Source of the DNA: Batkoa obscura
Taxonomy: Eukaryota
Assembly (NCBI GenBank): GCA_030770535.1
Contig: JASVEC010000002.1
Span: 1,240,001 to 1,304,000 of the forward strand
DNA: 64,000 nt
Direction: 5' to 3'
The notes under the pieces were generated by a model. That model was not told the origin of the DNA. It saw only the letters and a list, made by a program, of their open reading frames with translations, and did not search any database. Position 1 is the stretch's first letter; the number at the start of each line of letters is the position of its first letter. A program made the translations under genes and the position numbers. Shown here in pieces: positions 18,501 through 30,443 of the stretch.

Positions 18501-19718
18501 TAAGGGGTTTAATTTTTAATTTGAATCAAGCTTTCAAACTTATATTAACAAATAGATACTATAAATTTTGTAATAAATTGATTGAAAAGAGATTCTGAAT
18601 TTACTCATTTAGAGCTAACAAATTCAAGTTCTAATAAGACGAAAAGTAGAACCACATCTCTATGTGAGCTAAAAAGGCGAGTTAATTTAAAAAAGTATAA
18701 AAGTAAATAATCTAAATATTAATAAAAACAATGATAATAAATACTAATTAAATATTTTAATTTAAGAGTTATGAATAATGGAAATAATCGAACTTGTATT
18801 ATATCCATCCAGCGTTTATAATAAGTAAACAGTATTAGAATGTAATGTTCAAAACAAGCAATAGATGCATTTTTAGTAACATTACTAACTAAAATATCAC
18901 TGCTAAATAAATTACAATTCTCAATAGTATTATAATTAAATACTGATATATCAAAAAGTATAGATAGATAAATAGATAGGCAGCAACTAAATGTTAGAAA
19001 AATAAAATAGTTTGCTATTATTTTATTAATAATTGGGCAAATGTTATACTGATATAAAATGAAATACATAAATAGCAAAAAACTCATTACTGCAACTCTA
19101 ATTTATTTTAAGGCACCAATATCAAAAAAATATAACATCACATGGAATAATATAATAAAGAGCAACTCAATTCCGATTCATGCATTTTTTCGTTATTACG
19201 AAACTTACAAAAAATTAAAAAATAATTTCGCAAATTTGTAATAAAATACAAAAATAGGATTTTTGAGCTTCACAATCGATAATCTTAGCTCAAAGTTATA
19301 ACTGTTTCAATTCTAATGCGATATTCTTAACGCTATTTTTTAGAATTAAAAATCCGAGTAAAAATGTTTTTTAAAGCTTGGTCCTATACTTTCTTCAACT
19401 TTTTGCCTAAGCTCTACTCTTAAATGATGGCTAAAAGGCTTAATGGAAGATAAGTTAATAGTATTATAAAGTTTTATTTATAATCCTTAAAGAATAAATA
19501 AATTAAAATGTAAATGACTGATTTCAAGTTTAATAGGGGTGGACATTGACCGTTAATGTACATAAATGGAAAATGATTTGATAATTTGTTTGAGGTAAGG
19601 AAGTATATAAAGCTAAGGTAAAGCAATTTATTGATGTTAATCTTATTTATAAAATTACAAAATCATAAAATTTTATTTTGTATTTCGATCTCATTATTTA
19701 TCTATCTGTTTATCTATA

Positions 19719-21203
19719 ATGTTACTAACTTATTTTATTCTTTTTACATTCGCTTTATTCTACTATATCAAAGTAAAATCCAAACCAGATGCCCAAATCC
19801 AACATTTATCTAGGGGCAACGGTTTCTTTACTTCTCTATTTAATTTTATAAAATATCCAAGCTTAAAAGCAATGAGACTGAATTATTGGCCTTATCTGTT
19901 TAACTCTAAGTCTCCTATGTTAAGTTGGTATTTAGGCAAATGGTGGGTTGTAATAAGTGATAGCACCGATATTAGTAATATCTTTAAGAATTATAACCAA
20001 GTTGAAAAATTGTTGTTTTCAGAAATATCTAAAGATTTATTAGTCGTGGATTATATGGGTGAAAATGTATTGTATAGTCATACAGAATCTTGGAAAAGAC
20101 ATAGACGTATTATCAACTCTTGCTTCCATAAAGAAATTAATGTCAACAAATACGAAAAATCGGTCAAAAGATTAATGATTCATTTAAAAAAGAGTAGAAA
20201 TAAATCCATTGATGTTCATGATTTGATATCTAAGACTACCTTAGATATACTAGGTAACACCATCATGGGTTTTGATTTGAATTGTTTAGATATTGAAGAA
20301 GGTGAATATTCCAAAGCTTATAATTTAGCAGCAGCCGGGGTATCTAAAGATATTTACTTTTTTTTCCCAATATTAGAAAAACTCAATTTAGAATCACGAA
20401 TAAGGGAAAGAGAAGCGGTTCATAAATTCCGTGGTTTAGTTCAATATCTTATTAAATTTAAAAAACTACAAATGTCAAATAATCCAAATAAACAGGAGGA
20501 GGAAGATAAAGTTGACATGTTAAGTTTGATGATCGAAGCAACTATGCAAGAAGAAGTTCATAAAAGATTGACTGATGATGAGCTTATTAACAATATCGTT
20601 GTGATGTTTGCTGCTGGACATGATACTACTGCAAATACCCTTAGCTTTACTTTATACCACTTAGCAAAGAATCAACATATTCAAGATAAAGCACGTAAAG
20701 AAATACTTGAGCATTTTAATGGTGATTCAAAGTATCCGACAATGGATATGGTTAAAGAAATGAACTATGTTGAAGCTATTATTTATGAGAGTATGAGGGT
20801 AACACCAACTTTGCCGCAAATTCGTCGTAAGCTTATTAATGATTACTCATGTAATGACGGTACCTATTTACCAAAAGGGACGAATATAATCTTACAGTCT
20901 TATTCTATAATGAATGATCCTAATATATGGGAAGAGCCCAGTACATTCTTACCAGATCGATTCTTACAAAACAATCAAATTAACAAAGCTAAAATGAACA
21001 ATTGGTATGGTTTTGGTGGAGGTTCTAGAATATGTATTGGACAAAACCTTTCAATTATTGAGCAAAAAATACTAATGATGTGCATTCTATCTAAGTTCAA
21101 AATCACACTACCATCAAACTCAATTCATTCCGATGATATCATTACCTCTAAAGGTGTAGTCCTTAGGCCAATCAATTTGCACTTGAATTTTCAAGAATTG
21201 TAG
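19719..21203 (+). CDS. Cytochrome P450 (intronless, N-terminal membrane anchor)
   Basis: I-helix AAGHDTT, K-helix ESMR, PDRF, heme-binding FGGGSRICIG. Confidence 0.97.
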   Translation: MLLTYFILFTFALFYYIKVKSKPDAQIQHLSRGNGFFTSLFNFIKYPSLKAMRLNYWPYLFNSKSPMLSWYLGKWWVVISDSTDISNIFKNYNQVEKLLFSEISKDLLVVDYMGENVLYSHTESWKRHRRIINSCFHKEINVNKYEKSVKRLMIHLKKSRNKSIDVHDLISKTTLDILGNTIMGFDLNCLDIEEGEYSKAYNLAAAGVSKDIYFFFPILEKLNLESRIREREAVHKFRGLVQYLIKFKKLQMSNNPNKQEEEDKVDMLSLMIEATMQEEVHKRLTDDELINNIVVMFAAGHDTTANTLSFTLYHLAKNQHIQDKARKEILEHFNGDSKYPTMDMVKEMNYVEAIIYESMRVTPTLPQIRRKLINDYSCNDGTYLPKGTNIILQSYSIMNDPNIWEEPSTFLPDRFLQNNQINKAKMNNWYGFGGGSRICIGQNLSIIEQKILMMCILSKFKITLPSNSIHSDDIITSKGVVLRPINLHLNFQEL

Positions 21204-22317
21204 ATAAATCTATTATAACTTATTAATAAACTATTTTTTATAACTTCATTTTTAATTAATTATTTTACCAAATTTGGTTACTCCATTGTCTTTTTTAAAG
21301 TCCACTTTTAGCGTTTAGTAATAACTACCTCAATGCTCATGCTTTCTTTCATCCAGTTTAGTTAAAACCCCTCTTAAATTAAATTTATTTTACTGAATGT
21401 TATGACTCCATTATTAACAGAAGTCATCTAACTTTAGCTGATAGATTAATTTAATAGCTTATTGCCCAAGCAAAAAACATGATCATTTTTCAAAATAAGG
21501 TGGCTTTCTGACAAGAATTTATTCAAGCAGAATTGTTTTATTCTAAAACTTTTATTTTCATAAAAATTGTTTTATAAAGCTAAAATCAATAACTAAGTTT
21601 TTTATTTATATGCTAAAATTAAAAAACAAGTTTGAATTTCTTTTCAAAAACAATGTTTTACAAGGGATTGAACTCATACATTAGGGGTTTTCACCATATT
21701 TTGAGAGTATAAAAACATTCGAATTTTTTATTGTTTAATAGTTCTTTTCATATGATTTAGTTTAAGTCTAATGTTTAGATTTTTTTCAGTTTTAATTTGG
21801 CACAAAAATTGTAAACTGTGCACAATATTATGCAGTCGACTTTTTGCTAAACTAAAAAAACCAAGGGTGTTTTTTACTTCAGAATTCAGCAGCTAATTAT
21901 CTTTCCAATTTTACCCTGATAAAAATAGACAATAGAAACATTCATATACAAATTTTGCAAAATTTAGAAAATCAAGTTGAAAGAATATTTTAAAATTGAA
22001 TGAAATTTAACTTGCCCATTTATTTTTTCAATTTCAAGTCAAGCAAATAAAATGCCCAAACCTTTGAATTGAGAAGATTAAAAGTTGTTTAAAGTGAAAT
22101 ATTTCACTTAAAATATAGCCCCTACTTTAGTTCGATTAAATAAGCTTAAAAGCCAAGCTTATTTTAAAAAAAGCACCACTCGTCAATACAATATGATGAT
22201 AAATCTCTATTAATGTTTTTATAAAATAAGTCTATATAACTTTTTAGCACTTATCAATTTTCGAATCTTATTTCTTACCCAACTTTTATGGGGTAGATGC
22301 TAGAATCAAGAAAAAAT

Positions 22318-23040
22318 TTAGGGTGGGTTTCAAAATGGCGACAAAATTTAAACATTTAAGGGGAAAGTTAAACTAAGGCTTAGTGAAAAAATTAGTTAAA
22401 AAATAAACTATAAAAGCATAAAAAGCAAAGTTCAAAGGAAAAGAAAAATTTTAATTTAATTATGTACTCTAATTTATTAGTTCAAGTAAGTAATACCATC
22501 TAGCTTAATTAATAACTATTGACATTTCTTTTAGCTTTTTATCTTTACTCTATCATTCCTTGTTTGTAATGGTGATGACTCAAGCTCAAATGCCGCTTTT
22601 GGTTTAGGCTATGGTACTCCAAGCTACGCTAATCAAGGTTACTTACGTTACTTTCCTATGCCAATTCCAATTTTAAATTTACCACCTACTACTAACTATA
22701 ACGGTGGAAACACAAACAATTATAACAGTGGAAATACTAATAGTGTAAAATCTTATGTTGGAAAACAATTGATTTTGAATGGAGATACTAATACTTCTTA
22801 TGGATCAAATGCTGTAAGTTTAATTTTAGATTACACTAGTTTAACACTAATGTATTTTATAGGTATATGAATCTAATTTACCTAATCCATACCGTATTGT
22901 TAAACCTGGACAAATGGTTACTATGGACTTTGTAGAGAACAGATTAACTATACATATTGATTCTAATAATATTATAACTAGCGCTGGCTATAACTAATAG
23001 TATAATTTATTTAAATAAAAAAGTAATAAAATTAACAAAC
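22318..23040 (+). repeat. 723-bp direct repeat, copy 1 (matches 24546-25268)
   Basis: Base-for-base match by eye at offset 2228, covering promoter, both introns and 3' UTR. Confidence 0.95.
22462..22997 (+). CDS. Secreted peptidase inhibitor, I78 / potato-inhibitor-I-like family, copy 1 (145 aa)
   Basis: Exons 22462-22485, 22535-22813, 22863-22997 with GTAAGT...TAG introns; signal peptide MYSNLLVQLFIFTLSFLVCNG; C-terminal YRIVKPGQMVTMDFVENRLTIHIDSNNIITSAGYN matches the I78 pattern R-x-x-x-PG-x-x-VTMD-[YF]-x-x-x-RL. Confidence 0.85.
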
Positions 23041-23325
23041 ATTTGATTTTTTCACTTTTTATTTATTTTAAGAATCACTATACTATAAGGGGATGATTTT
23101 TTTGGTTTTATTACTTTTTCCATCTTTTAAGCACTGTTTGAGCAGAAAAATTGTCAGTAAAATTCTTAAACAGAAAAATACATCCCCATATAATGATTTG
23201 GACCATTTTAATAAAGAATCCTGTTTTTGTATCTTAATACTTGATCAATATCACTCAACTTAGAGGGTTCTGTCGATCCTTCAGTGTGTTTTCTCAAAAA
23301 TTTTACTATTTGAAAGGTAAAATTT
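23041..23325 (-). pseudogene. Decayed duplicate of the 3' end of the neighbouring Tim44-like gene
   Basis: ATGATTTGGACCATTTTAATAAAGAATCCTGTTTTTGTATCTTAATACTTGATCAATATCACT aligns with 25317-25382; interrupted by a MITE. Confidence 0.8.
23089..23187 (-). mobile_element. MITE family A copy; empty site preserved in the paralogous segment at ~25307-25320
   Basis: GGGGATG...CATCCCC; flanks CTATACTATAA and ATATAATGATT correspond to the uninterrupted CTATACTATAATGATT in the paralogous segment. Confidence 0.9.
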
Positions 23326-23333
23326 TAATACTT

Positions 23334-23425
23334 GGGGGTGTTTTCTTTGACTTCATTACTTTTTCATTTTTAAGCGCTATTTAAGCGGAAAGATTGTTAG
23401 CAAAATTCTTAAAAAATATATCCTC
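23334..23425 (-). mobile_element. MITE family A copy
   Basis: GGGGGTGTTTT...AAGCGCTATTTAAGCGGAAAGATTGTTAGCAAAATTCTTAAA...TATCCTC. Confidence 0.85.
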
Positions 23426-23852
23426 ATTTAGTGTTTCTAATGTATAAATACATTTTTTCATGACAGCCCACTAATACCTTTGGAATGCTAGTGGATCAAA
23501 GTAAATAAATAACATGTATTGAGACGCTTATAAAGAAGATAAGCTTTATATAGCATATTACTGACAAAAATATTATTCCCTTTGTCTAGAAAAAAACATC
23601 ACACTCATTATTTATGTTATCTAAAAGGAAGTTCTTAGAAAAAAACCAACTGGTACGTCTTTCTTATTTCATTTTTTTCCCTATTATTTGTTTAATATAA
23701 AACCTAGATAATTTACTAATAAAAGTTTCAGAAACTGTAAAAATTTATGACTATACTCTAAATAAAATCATAATAAAAATTAAAGAGCAAGTTTTTTACA
23801 ATGATTATAAGTTTCAAATGTTTTCATTTGAACAACTAGCCTTTCAATATAT

Positions 23853-23949
23853 GGGGCTGTTTTTTGGCTTCATTACTTTTTCTATCTTTTAAGCACTATT
23901 TGAATAGAAAATTTGTTAGCAAAATTCTTAAATATAAAAATACATCCCC
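23853..23949 (-). mobile_element. MITE family A copy, TSD ATAT
   Basis: ATAT-GGGGCTGTTTTTT...AAAAATACATCCCC-ATAT. Confidence 0.9.
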
Positions 23950-24333
23950 ATATTATAATATAATGGTAAAAAGGGTATTTTTTGTTACTTTGTTATAGTT
24001 TTAAAGATCTTAGTTTAAACCATCTTTTTAAAAAGTAAGGTATTTTATCAAGCAGTGTAATTATAAAAAATATGGTATATGACTAACATGAATTTAAAGG
24101 CGTGAATCAGTATATGTAAACCATTTCCCGAATTACTAACCATTTTTTGATAGCTGCTAGAACTGAGAAATGATTCTCATGTTCACACCAACTCATGTCT
24201 TCAAATCCACATTATTTTTAATCCATCATATTTATCAAATAACTGTAGGAATTTTCAAAATAAAATTATTAATGCTCAAATATTTGAAATATTGACCTTT
24301 TACCCAACTTTTAGGAGTAGACTTTAAAACTAT

Positions 24334-24535
24334 AAGGTTTTTTCAAAAGCTTTTGAGCATTTTTTGAACATCATTAAAAAAATAATTTTGCATCTATCAA
24401 AGCATGCTAAATTAAGACTAAAAATAAATGAATTTTGAAAATTTAATTAAATTATCTATATTTAAACATTCTGGGTTATAGTAAATCTTTATTCAAGTGC
24501 TTAAAAAACATTCAGAAGCTTTTGAAAAACCCCTC
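24334..24535. mobile_element. Second MITE-like element (~200 bp, ~35-bp imperfect TIRs)
   Basis: Left AGGTTTTTTCAAAAGCTTTTGAGCATTTTTTGAACA versus reverse complement of right end GAGGGGTTTTTCAAAAGCTTCTGAATGTTTTTTAAGCA; absent from the homologous position upstream of copy 1. Confidence 0.7.
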
Positions 24536-24545
24536 ATAAGTTACA

Positions 24546-25268
24546 TTAGGGTGGGTTTCAAAATGGCGACAAAATTTAAACATTTAAGGGGAAAGTTAAA
24601 CTAAGGCTTAGTGAAAAAATTAGTTAAAAAATAAACTATAAAAGCATAAAAAGCAAAGTTCAAAGGAAAAGAAAAATTTTAATTTAATTATGTACTCTAA
24701 TTTATTAGTTCAAGTAAGTAATACCATCTAGCTTAATTAATAACTATTGACATTTCTTTTAGCTTTTTATCTTTACTCTATCATTCCTTGTTTGTAATGG
24801 TGATGACTCAAGCTCAAATGCCGCTTTTGGTTTAGGCTATGGTACTCCAAGCTACGCTAATCAAGGTTACTTACGTTACTTTCCTATGCCAATTCCAATT
24901 TTAAATTTACCACCTACTACTAACTATAACGGTGGAAACACAAACAATTATAACAGTGGAAATACTAATAGTGTAAAATCTTATGTTGGAAAACAATTGA
25001 TTTTGAATGGAGATACTAATACTTCTTATGGATCAAATGCTGTAAGTTTAATTTTAGATTACACTAGTTTAACACTAATGTATTTTATAGGTATATGAAT
25101 CTAATTTACCTAATCCATACCGTATTGTTAAACCTGGACAAATGGTTACTATGGACTTTGTAGAGAACAGATTAACTATACATATTGATTCTAATAATAT
25201 TATAACTAGCGCTGGCTATAACTAATAGTATAATTTATTTAAATAAAAAAGTAATAAAATTAACAAAC
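24546..25268 (+). repeat. 723-bp direct repeat, copy 2 (matches 22318-23040)
   Basis: Match at offset 2228. Confidence 0.95.
24690..25225 (+). CDS. Secreted peptidase inhibitor, I78-like, copy 2
   Basis: Same sequence and exon structure as copy 1, shifted by 2228 bp. Confidence 0.85.
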
Positions 25269-25277
25269 GTTTATTTT

Positions 25278-26506
25278 TTATTCCTGATTTTTATCATAGA
25301 TCTTATCTATACTATAATGATTTTTAAACCATTTTAAAAAGGAATCTCGGTTTTTGTATTCTAATACTTGATCAATATCACTTAGCTTCCAATTCCATTC
25401 GTCTTCAGTTATCTTACTAACTTTTGAAAAGTTAAAATAATCTGAATCAAAGGTAAGTATAAACTTTCTACGTGATGTATCATCAACGATGATTGTTGTG
25501 GCATCCGATAACTTGTAATTAACATCTGCGTCACATTCTACATATAATTTAAACTGGGTTCCTTTCTTTAATTCTTCAAGTATTTCATTTCGATTGCTAT
25601 TGTCAGTTTCCTTGTTGAAAGCAATTTTTTTATTAACAATGATTCTACATGTAAACAAAAACAAGTTAAAATAATTCTCATTGTGGATCGAATAACCTTC
25701 TTTTGGTCCAAGGGTAATGAAAACATCATTTATGTATGTATTGTGTATGTTTAAAGCATTAATTGCCACACTTCCTTTTTCTTTTTTGACTTTTTCTAAC
25801 TCTTTGGAATAAAACTTATATAAATCTTCATCCATCATGCTTTTTAAACTCTCTTGATCACCCAAACTTAAGCTTTGGCATAGCCTTTCGAAAGCTAATT
25901 GAGCTACGAAATAGTTTATAATAATATATAATATAACAAATAATTACAATTTACCTCCCATAATAAATTCTTGTTCAAAATACCTAGAGTCTATAGCATA
26001 CAACTTTAAAATCCATTGACTTAGCATCCTACTTAACCACAAGTAAAACCTTGCTGGGAAGATAGGCAATCTATTAAACATGGGACTTAAAATATAATTC
26101 ATGTTGTTAAACCGATGCTTTTGGTTTCCATATAGCCAAGCTACATTAATTTAAACTCAGTAAATTAATAATCTAAAATTAAATAAAATTACGAAACAAA
26201 ATGACATCCGTTGTTTTTTCTGGGGGTGGTGGTAAATTGTCTTCTTGTCCTGGGTTGCTCACTGGTCTATCAGGTAGCTTGTCAGAAATTGATGGATCGT
26301 CTAGCTAATATTTTAATGCTTTAAATCAATTCTAATTTACTAATAATGAATTATATTACATTTGTCTCTTTGATATTTAAATAAGATTTATTGATTAAAT
26401 TCCTTTGTGGGTTATTTAGTATATGAAACTCTCTTTTAATGAGTTTTTGAGCTACGCTCTTATATAATGGGGACTGGACGTAGTAATATATTCTTTTGCT
26501 ATTCAT
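25278..26506 (-). CDS. Putative mitochondrial Tim44-like / MAIP1-like protein (4 exons)
   Basis: Basic presequence-like N-terminus MNSKRIYYYVQSPLYKSVAQKLIKREFH; EFIMGAQLAFERL...LKSMMDEDLY and C-terminal WKLSDID resemble Tim44-like domains; exons join in frame. Confidence 0.6.
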
Positions 26507-27431
26507 CTTTTGATTTAAAAAATGTTTTTTATTTCTTAATAGTCATTAAATTTATGACGTTAGCCTTAAAAATAGGTAGCCAATCAGTTAAGCACTTTGG
26601 ATTCATTTATGTTTTTATATTTAAGGAACCATAAGTAAACTTAATATAATATATCTTTAAGTTGAGAGTATATAAAGTTTTGTACTATATAACTATTTTA
26701 AGATAAAACATAAAAGAACAAGACAATTGAAAAAAATTTCTAAGGATAAAATTAGCTCAACTACTTTTTTTACTAAAACATATAGAAAGAATCTTAATAA
26801 ACAACTAAATATCTAATTTAAACTATACTTTTTTATTATATTAAAAATACTTGACTTGTTTGCTATATAGCTATCAATATATCTATCTTTCTTTTATATT
26901 ACTACTATTACTTGTTATTAAGATGAATTTTAGTACAAGAGTTATTAGATAGTATGATAAAAGATATATAGTCGTACAAAATAAAAAAGGATGGTAAAAA
27001 TAAGGTTTCAGAATGCAAATTAATGTGCTAGCTTTAAAAATGTTCTTAATATCTTACTATTTATTTGATTATAACTCATTAGCAAAATTAACTTAGTAAT
27101 ATATTATAGTATATAATAGTACAGTAACAAAGCAAACTTATATTAGTTTCTTTTAACATAATTGATAAAAACTTTATTATAAAAACTGATTTAATTAGAT
27201 CTATCCAAAAGAGCTTTATAATGCATTAAAATAATAAAAAACCCCACTTTAAAATATAACAGTAGTACAATTCAAAAACAAAAATTAATAAAATAAAATT
27301 CAGACTTATTTAGTTTAAGGCTAGGTTTACCAAGTGTGATTTCCCTTTTTTATAGTTTGAATTCGCTTTTCTTTTAAAAACAATATGCAAATGTGAGTTT
27401 TGATCTTTGAATTTTATACTACTCAACTCAA

Positions 27432-28679
27432 TCAAGCAATTTCATTGTTGGTGTTATCCAGCACCTTTGTAACATCATCAACGGTTGAAAGATCTTTAAG
27501 GAAAGGAATAAGGTCCAGTAATTCAGTATCATGAAGATCGTTAAACCAGGTTGTGATAGGTACGGCGTTAGCTGGATGAAATAAATAACTTGTGGGGGAG
27601 TTATCAATAATTATAGTGTGAGCAAGATCACGACCAACTTGAGATAAATCCTAAGTTTATATTAATAATTGTACTATTAATTTATATAATAATAGCTTAC
27701 CTTAACATAGTTACCATTGTGATTATAACAGGATTCTCTGAATAATCGGTGGCTGATAACTTTATGTCTATCTAACATATCGAGTACAGGATCAGCATAC
27801 TGTAAAAACGAAGATTAATATTTATTAAATGTAGCATAAACAGTGATATTACTTTAGATAAACTAGCTGTAAATACGACAACTTCAAATATCTCTCCAAC
27901 TTTTAAAAGGAACTCATCTACACCTGGTCTTTTAGCAACATAAACATTATGAAATTGATTATCAATTTCGACTGGTACTATAAAATCTGGATGTTCGATA
28001 AGCTAATTCAAATTAACTTATGAATATATTATAATAGCATTATCCTAATTACCTTAAAAGAACTATGAACTAATGTTTCATCCAAATCCAACACTAAGCA
28101 CTTTTTATTCTCAAATTCAGAGATAGGTGGATCAAGAAGATATTTTCTTGAACTCTAAACAATAATCAGTTTTAATCTCCATAAAAAAAGCATATAACTT
28201 ACGGTAGAAATGCGTTTAGGATCAGGTAAACTTTTTTCAATAACAATAGCAGTTGGAGGGCTACCATCTGGGGAGGCCGAATAAATTAAACTATCGGGAG
28301 AAGAAGGCTTTTCAACTTGAGTCTCTTCCTCTACTGTTTTTTCGTTTGAAGGAGGGAGTGCAGGCAACGGTGTTTTTTCTTCAAACTCCATCTTTTCAGG
28401 GCTACTCCAACACATAAAAAGTGAGAATGGGTTCTTACAGCTAAGTTTAGATGAACCCTTTTCTGACTTTCCCTTTCCTTTCTTTGAGCCTAAATTGGTT
28501 ATTAGTTTTGGTTTAGTATTGTAAGGCACAAGCTTACTTTTCTCCGACTTAGTTGAGCCTGAAGCTACAACTTTACTTTGAGGAGCATTGTCTTTTTCAG
28601 AGTTAGCTGGTTTAGGTATTATATCAATGTTTGAAATGGGTGACTTTGAGGAAGCTTGGGTTGCAGTTTGAACCGACAT
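27432..28679 (-). CDS. CTD small phosphatase (NIF/FCP1-like, Psr1/SCP type)
   Basis: [42 protein letters not shown] motifs; multi-exon. Confidence 0.92.
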
Positions 28680-30443
28680 TTTTAAGTATTATAATCAGTT
28701 TAAATAATAATAAAACAGGGGATATTAGGGAAATATAAAATTAAAAGGTACAACTATTCTAAGAAATCTTAAGGTTGAAGGAAGATGAGTCAACTTATTA
28801 TAAATAATTAATGAATCTAGTAATAAGGTTGGATATTAAATATAATCAAAAAGAGAAATAAACAAATTATTCAAAGGATTTAATTAAAAAATCAAAATAG
28901 GGATAATAACTTAGGAGTTTCTTTCTTGAACTCCAGTTAAATTGCAAATTTTGGCTACCATTTCTTAATTTAGAAGGCCCTTGTTCAAAATCAAGGGAAT
29001 TACCACATTATTTAAGGCGGGACAATAGAACTTTATTTGATACTTCTCAATCAATCAAGTGAACAAGAACTGATCTAAAGTTATATTATTGGCTTAAAAG
29101 AATTTTACCCATTAAAAAATATGTTCCGTTCTGTGCTATTGGCTTATTCTTGTAGTAGTTTGAACAGTTTTAACCAAAATACTCAAATTTACACACTGAA
29201 TTTGCAATAACATTTTCGTTAGAAAGGAAAAATGAAATGAGCTTAAAAATCAAATAAAATCTCGTTAAAACTTCTTACATTCCCTAAAATTAAATAATAA
29301 ATAATAAACTAACAAATAGATTTTATAAAAAGAGTAAGGAAAAATGAAAGATTAAAATATACTATTTAAATAACTAGTTTATTAATTTTAATTTGTTACT
29401 TTTTACTATTATAACTCGGTAACTTTACAAAAAAACTCGATCCATTTATTAAAAGTTAAAAGAAAAGGATGGGGAAACTTTAAGTTAGAAGCACCATGAA
29501 TCAAAAAAGGGAGTAATTTCTAATATTTGCAAGTTGGACATTTATTAATTTATTACAGAAATAGCTAATCTAATTAACTTGGTTTTCATTTCAATTTAGA
29601 ACTCAATTCGGTTTTATTTCTCCACAGTCGAAATTTTTTATAGTTGCTAACTTGAGTGATAGAATTTCCAGCAAGTGACGCAAAAATTAGCTGGCTTAAG
29701 CAACTCAATTTTAAGTCTTGGTAATAGTTGACTCATAGCATTATGGTCAAATGAAAACAATGGTTTTAATATGGGTAAGTTTAAAAGCTAAGTTGAAATT
29801 AGAAACAATTCTTCGGTTCACTTTTTTGTCTACTCCTGTAGTGTAATTTTTTTTAAAACTATTAAGCAAAACTGGACAAAAAACATCTTAATATAGGTTA
29901 TTTTAGTTGAGCAAAAAAGCAAATATTTTTCTAGTACCTAGTGTTAATTTGCAATTTTTGCTAATTTTTTTAATTATGATTCAAGTTTTTAAACTAACCT
30001 ATATATCAACTTGTATAAATGGTTTCAATAATTGAGAGTACACTCATACATTCACAAAATAAGAAAAAAGATTGAGGTTTATAAAATCGACATTTGTAAG
30101 TCAAAAAATTTACATAGTTTATCAAAGACTATATAATTTTACAGTTAGGTAAGTAAAGTTAGATTTGATCATACAAAGTTTTAAATTAGGTATTAATATT
30201 AATAAGAGTAATTTACCATAAAAAATAATTTTGCTTTAATCTACATGCTAAATATCATCTTTAAAATATTTTATTTTAATATAGTTGTTATCAATTTTTT
30301 TGATAACTAATACAAAAGTAGTCAAATTTATTAACATGTTTCAATTAATTAGATACATTTAAATCGAAAAGTGAAGTGTTACTTGTCGTAATAGCACTAT
30401 TTCAGCATTTAAGAAGGATGATATATTATAGATATAAACAGAA

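Noticed and set aside
22318..22330. TTAGGG at the exact left edge of the 723-bp duplication as a telomeric seed
   Set aside because: A single hexamer with no tandem array; chance occurrence is likely
22658..22870. 70-aa ORF (and its twin 24886-25098) as a standalone peptide gene
   Set aside because: It is part of exon 2 read into intron 2 of the 145-aa inhibitor gene
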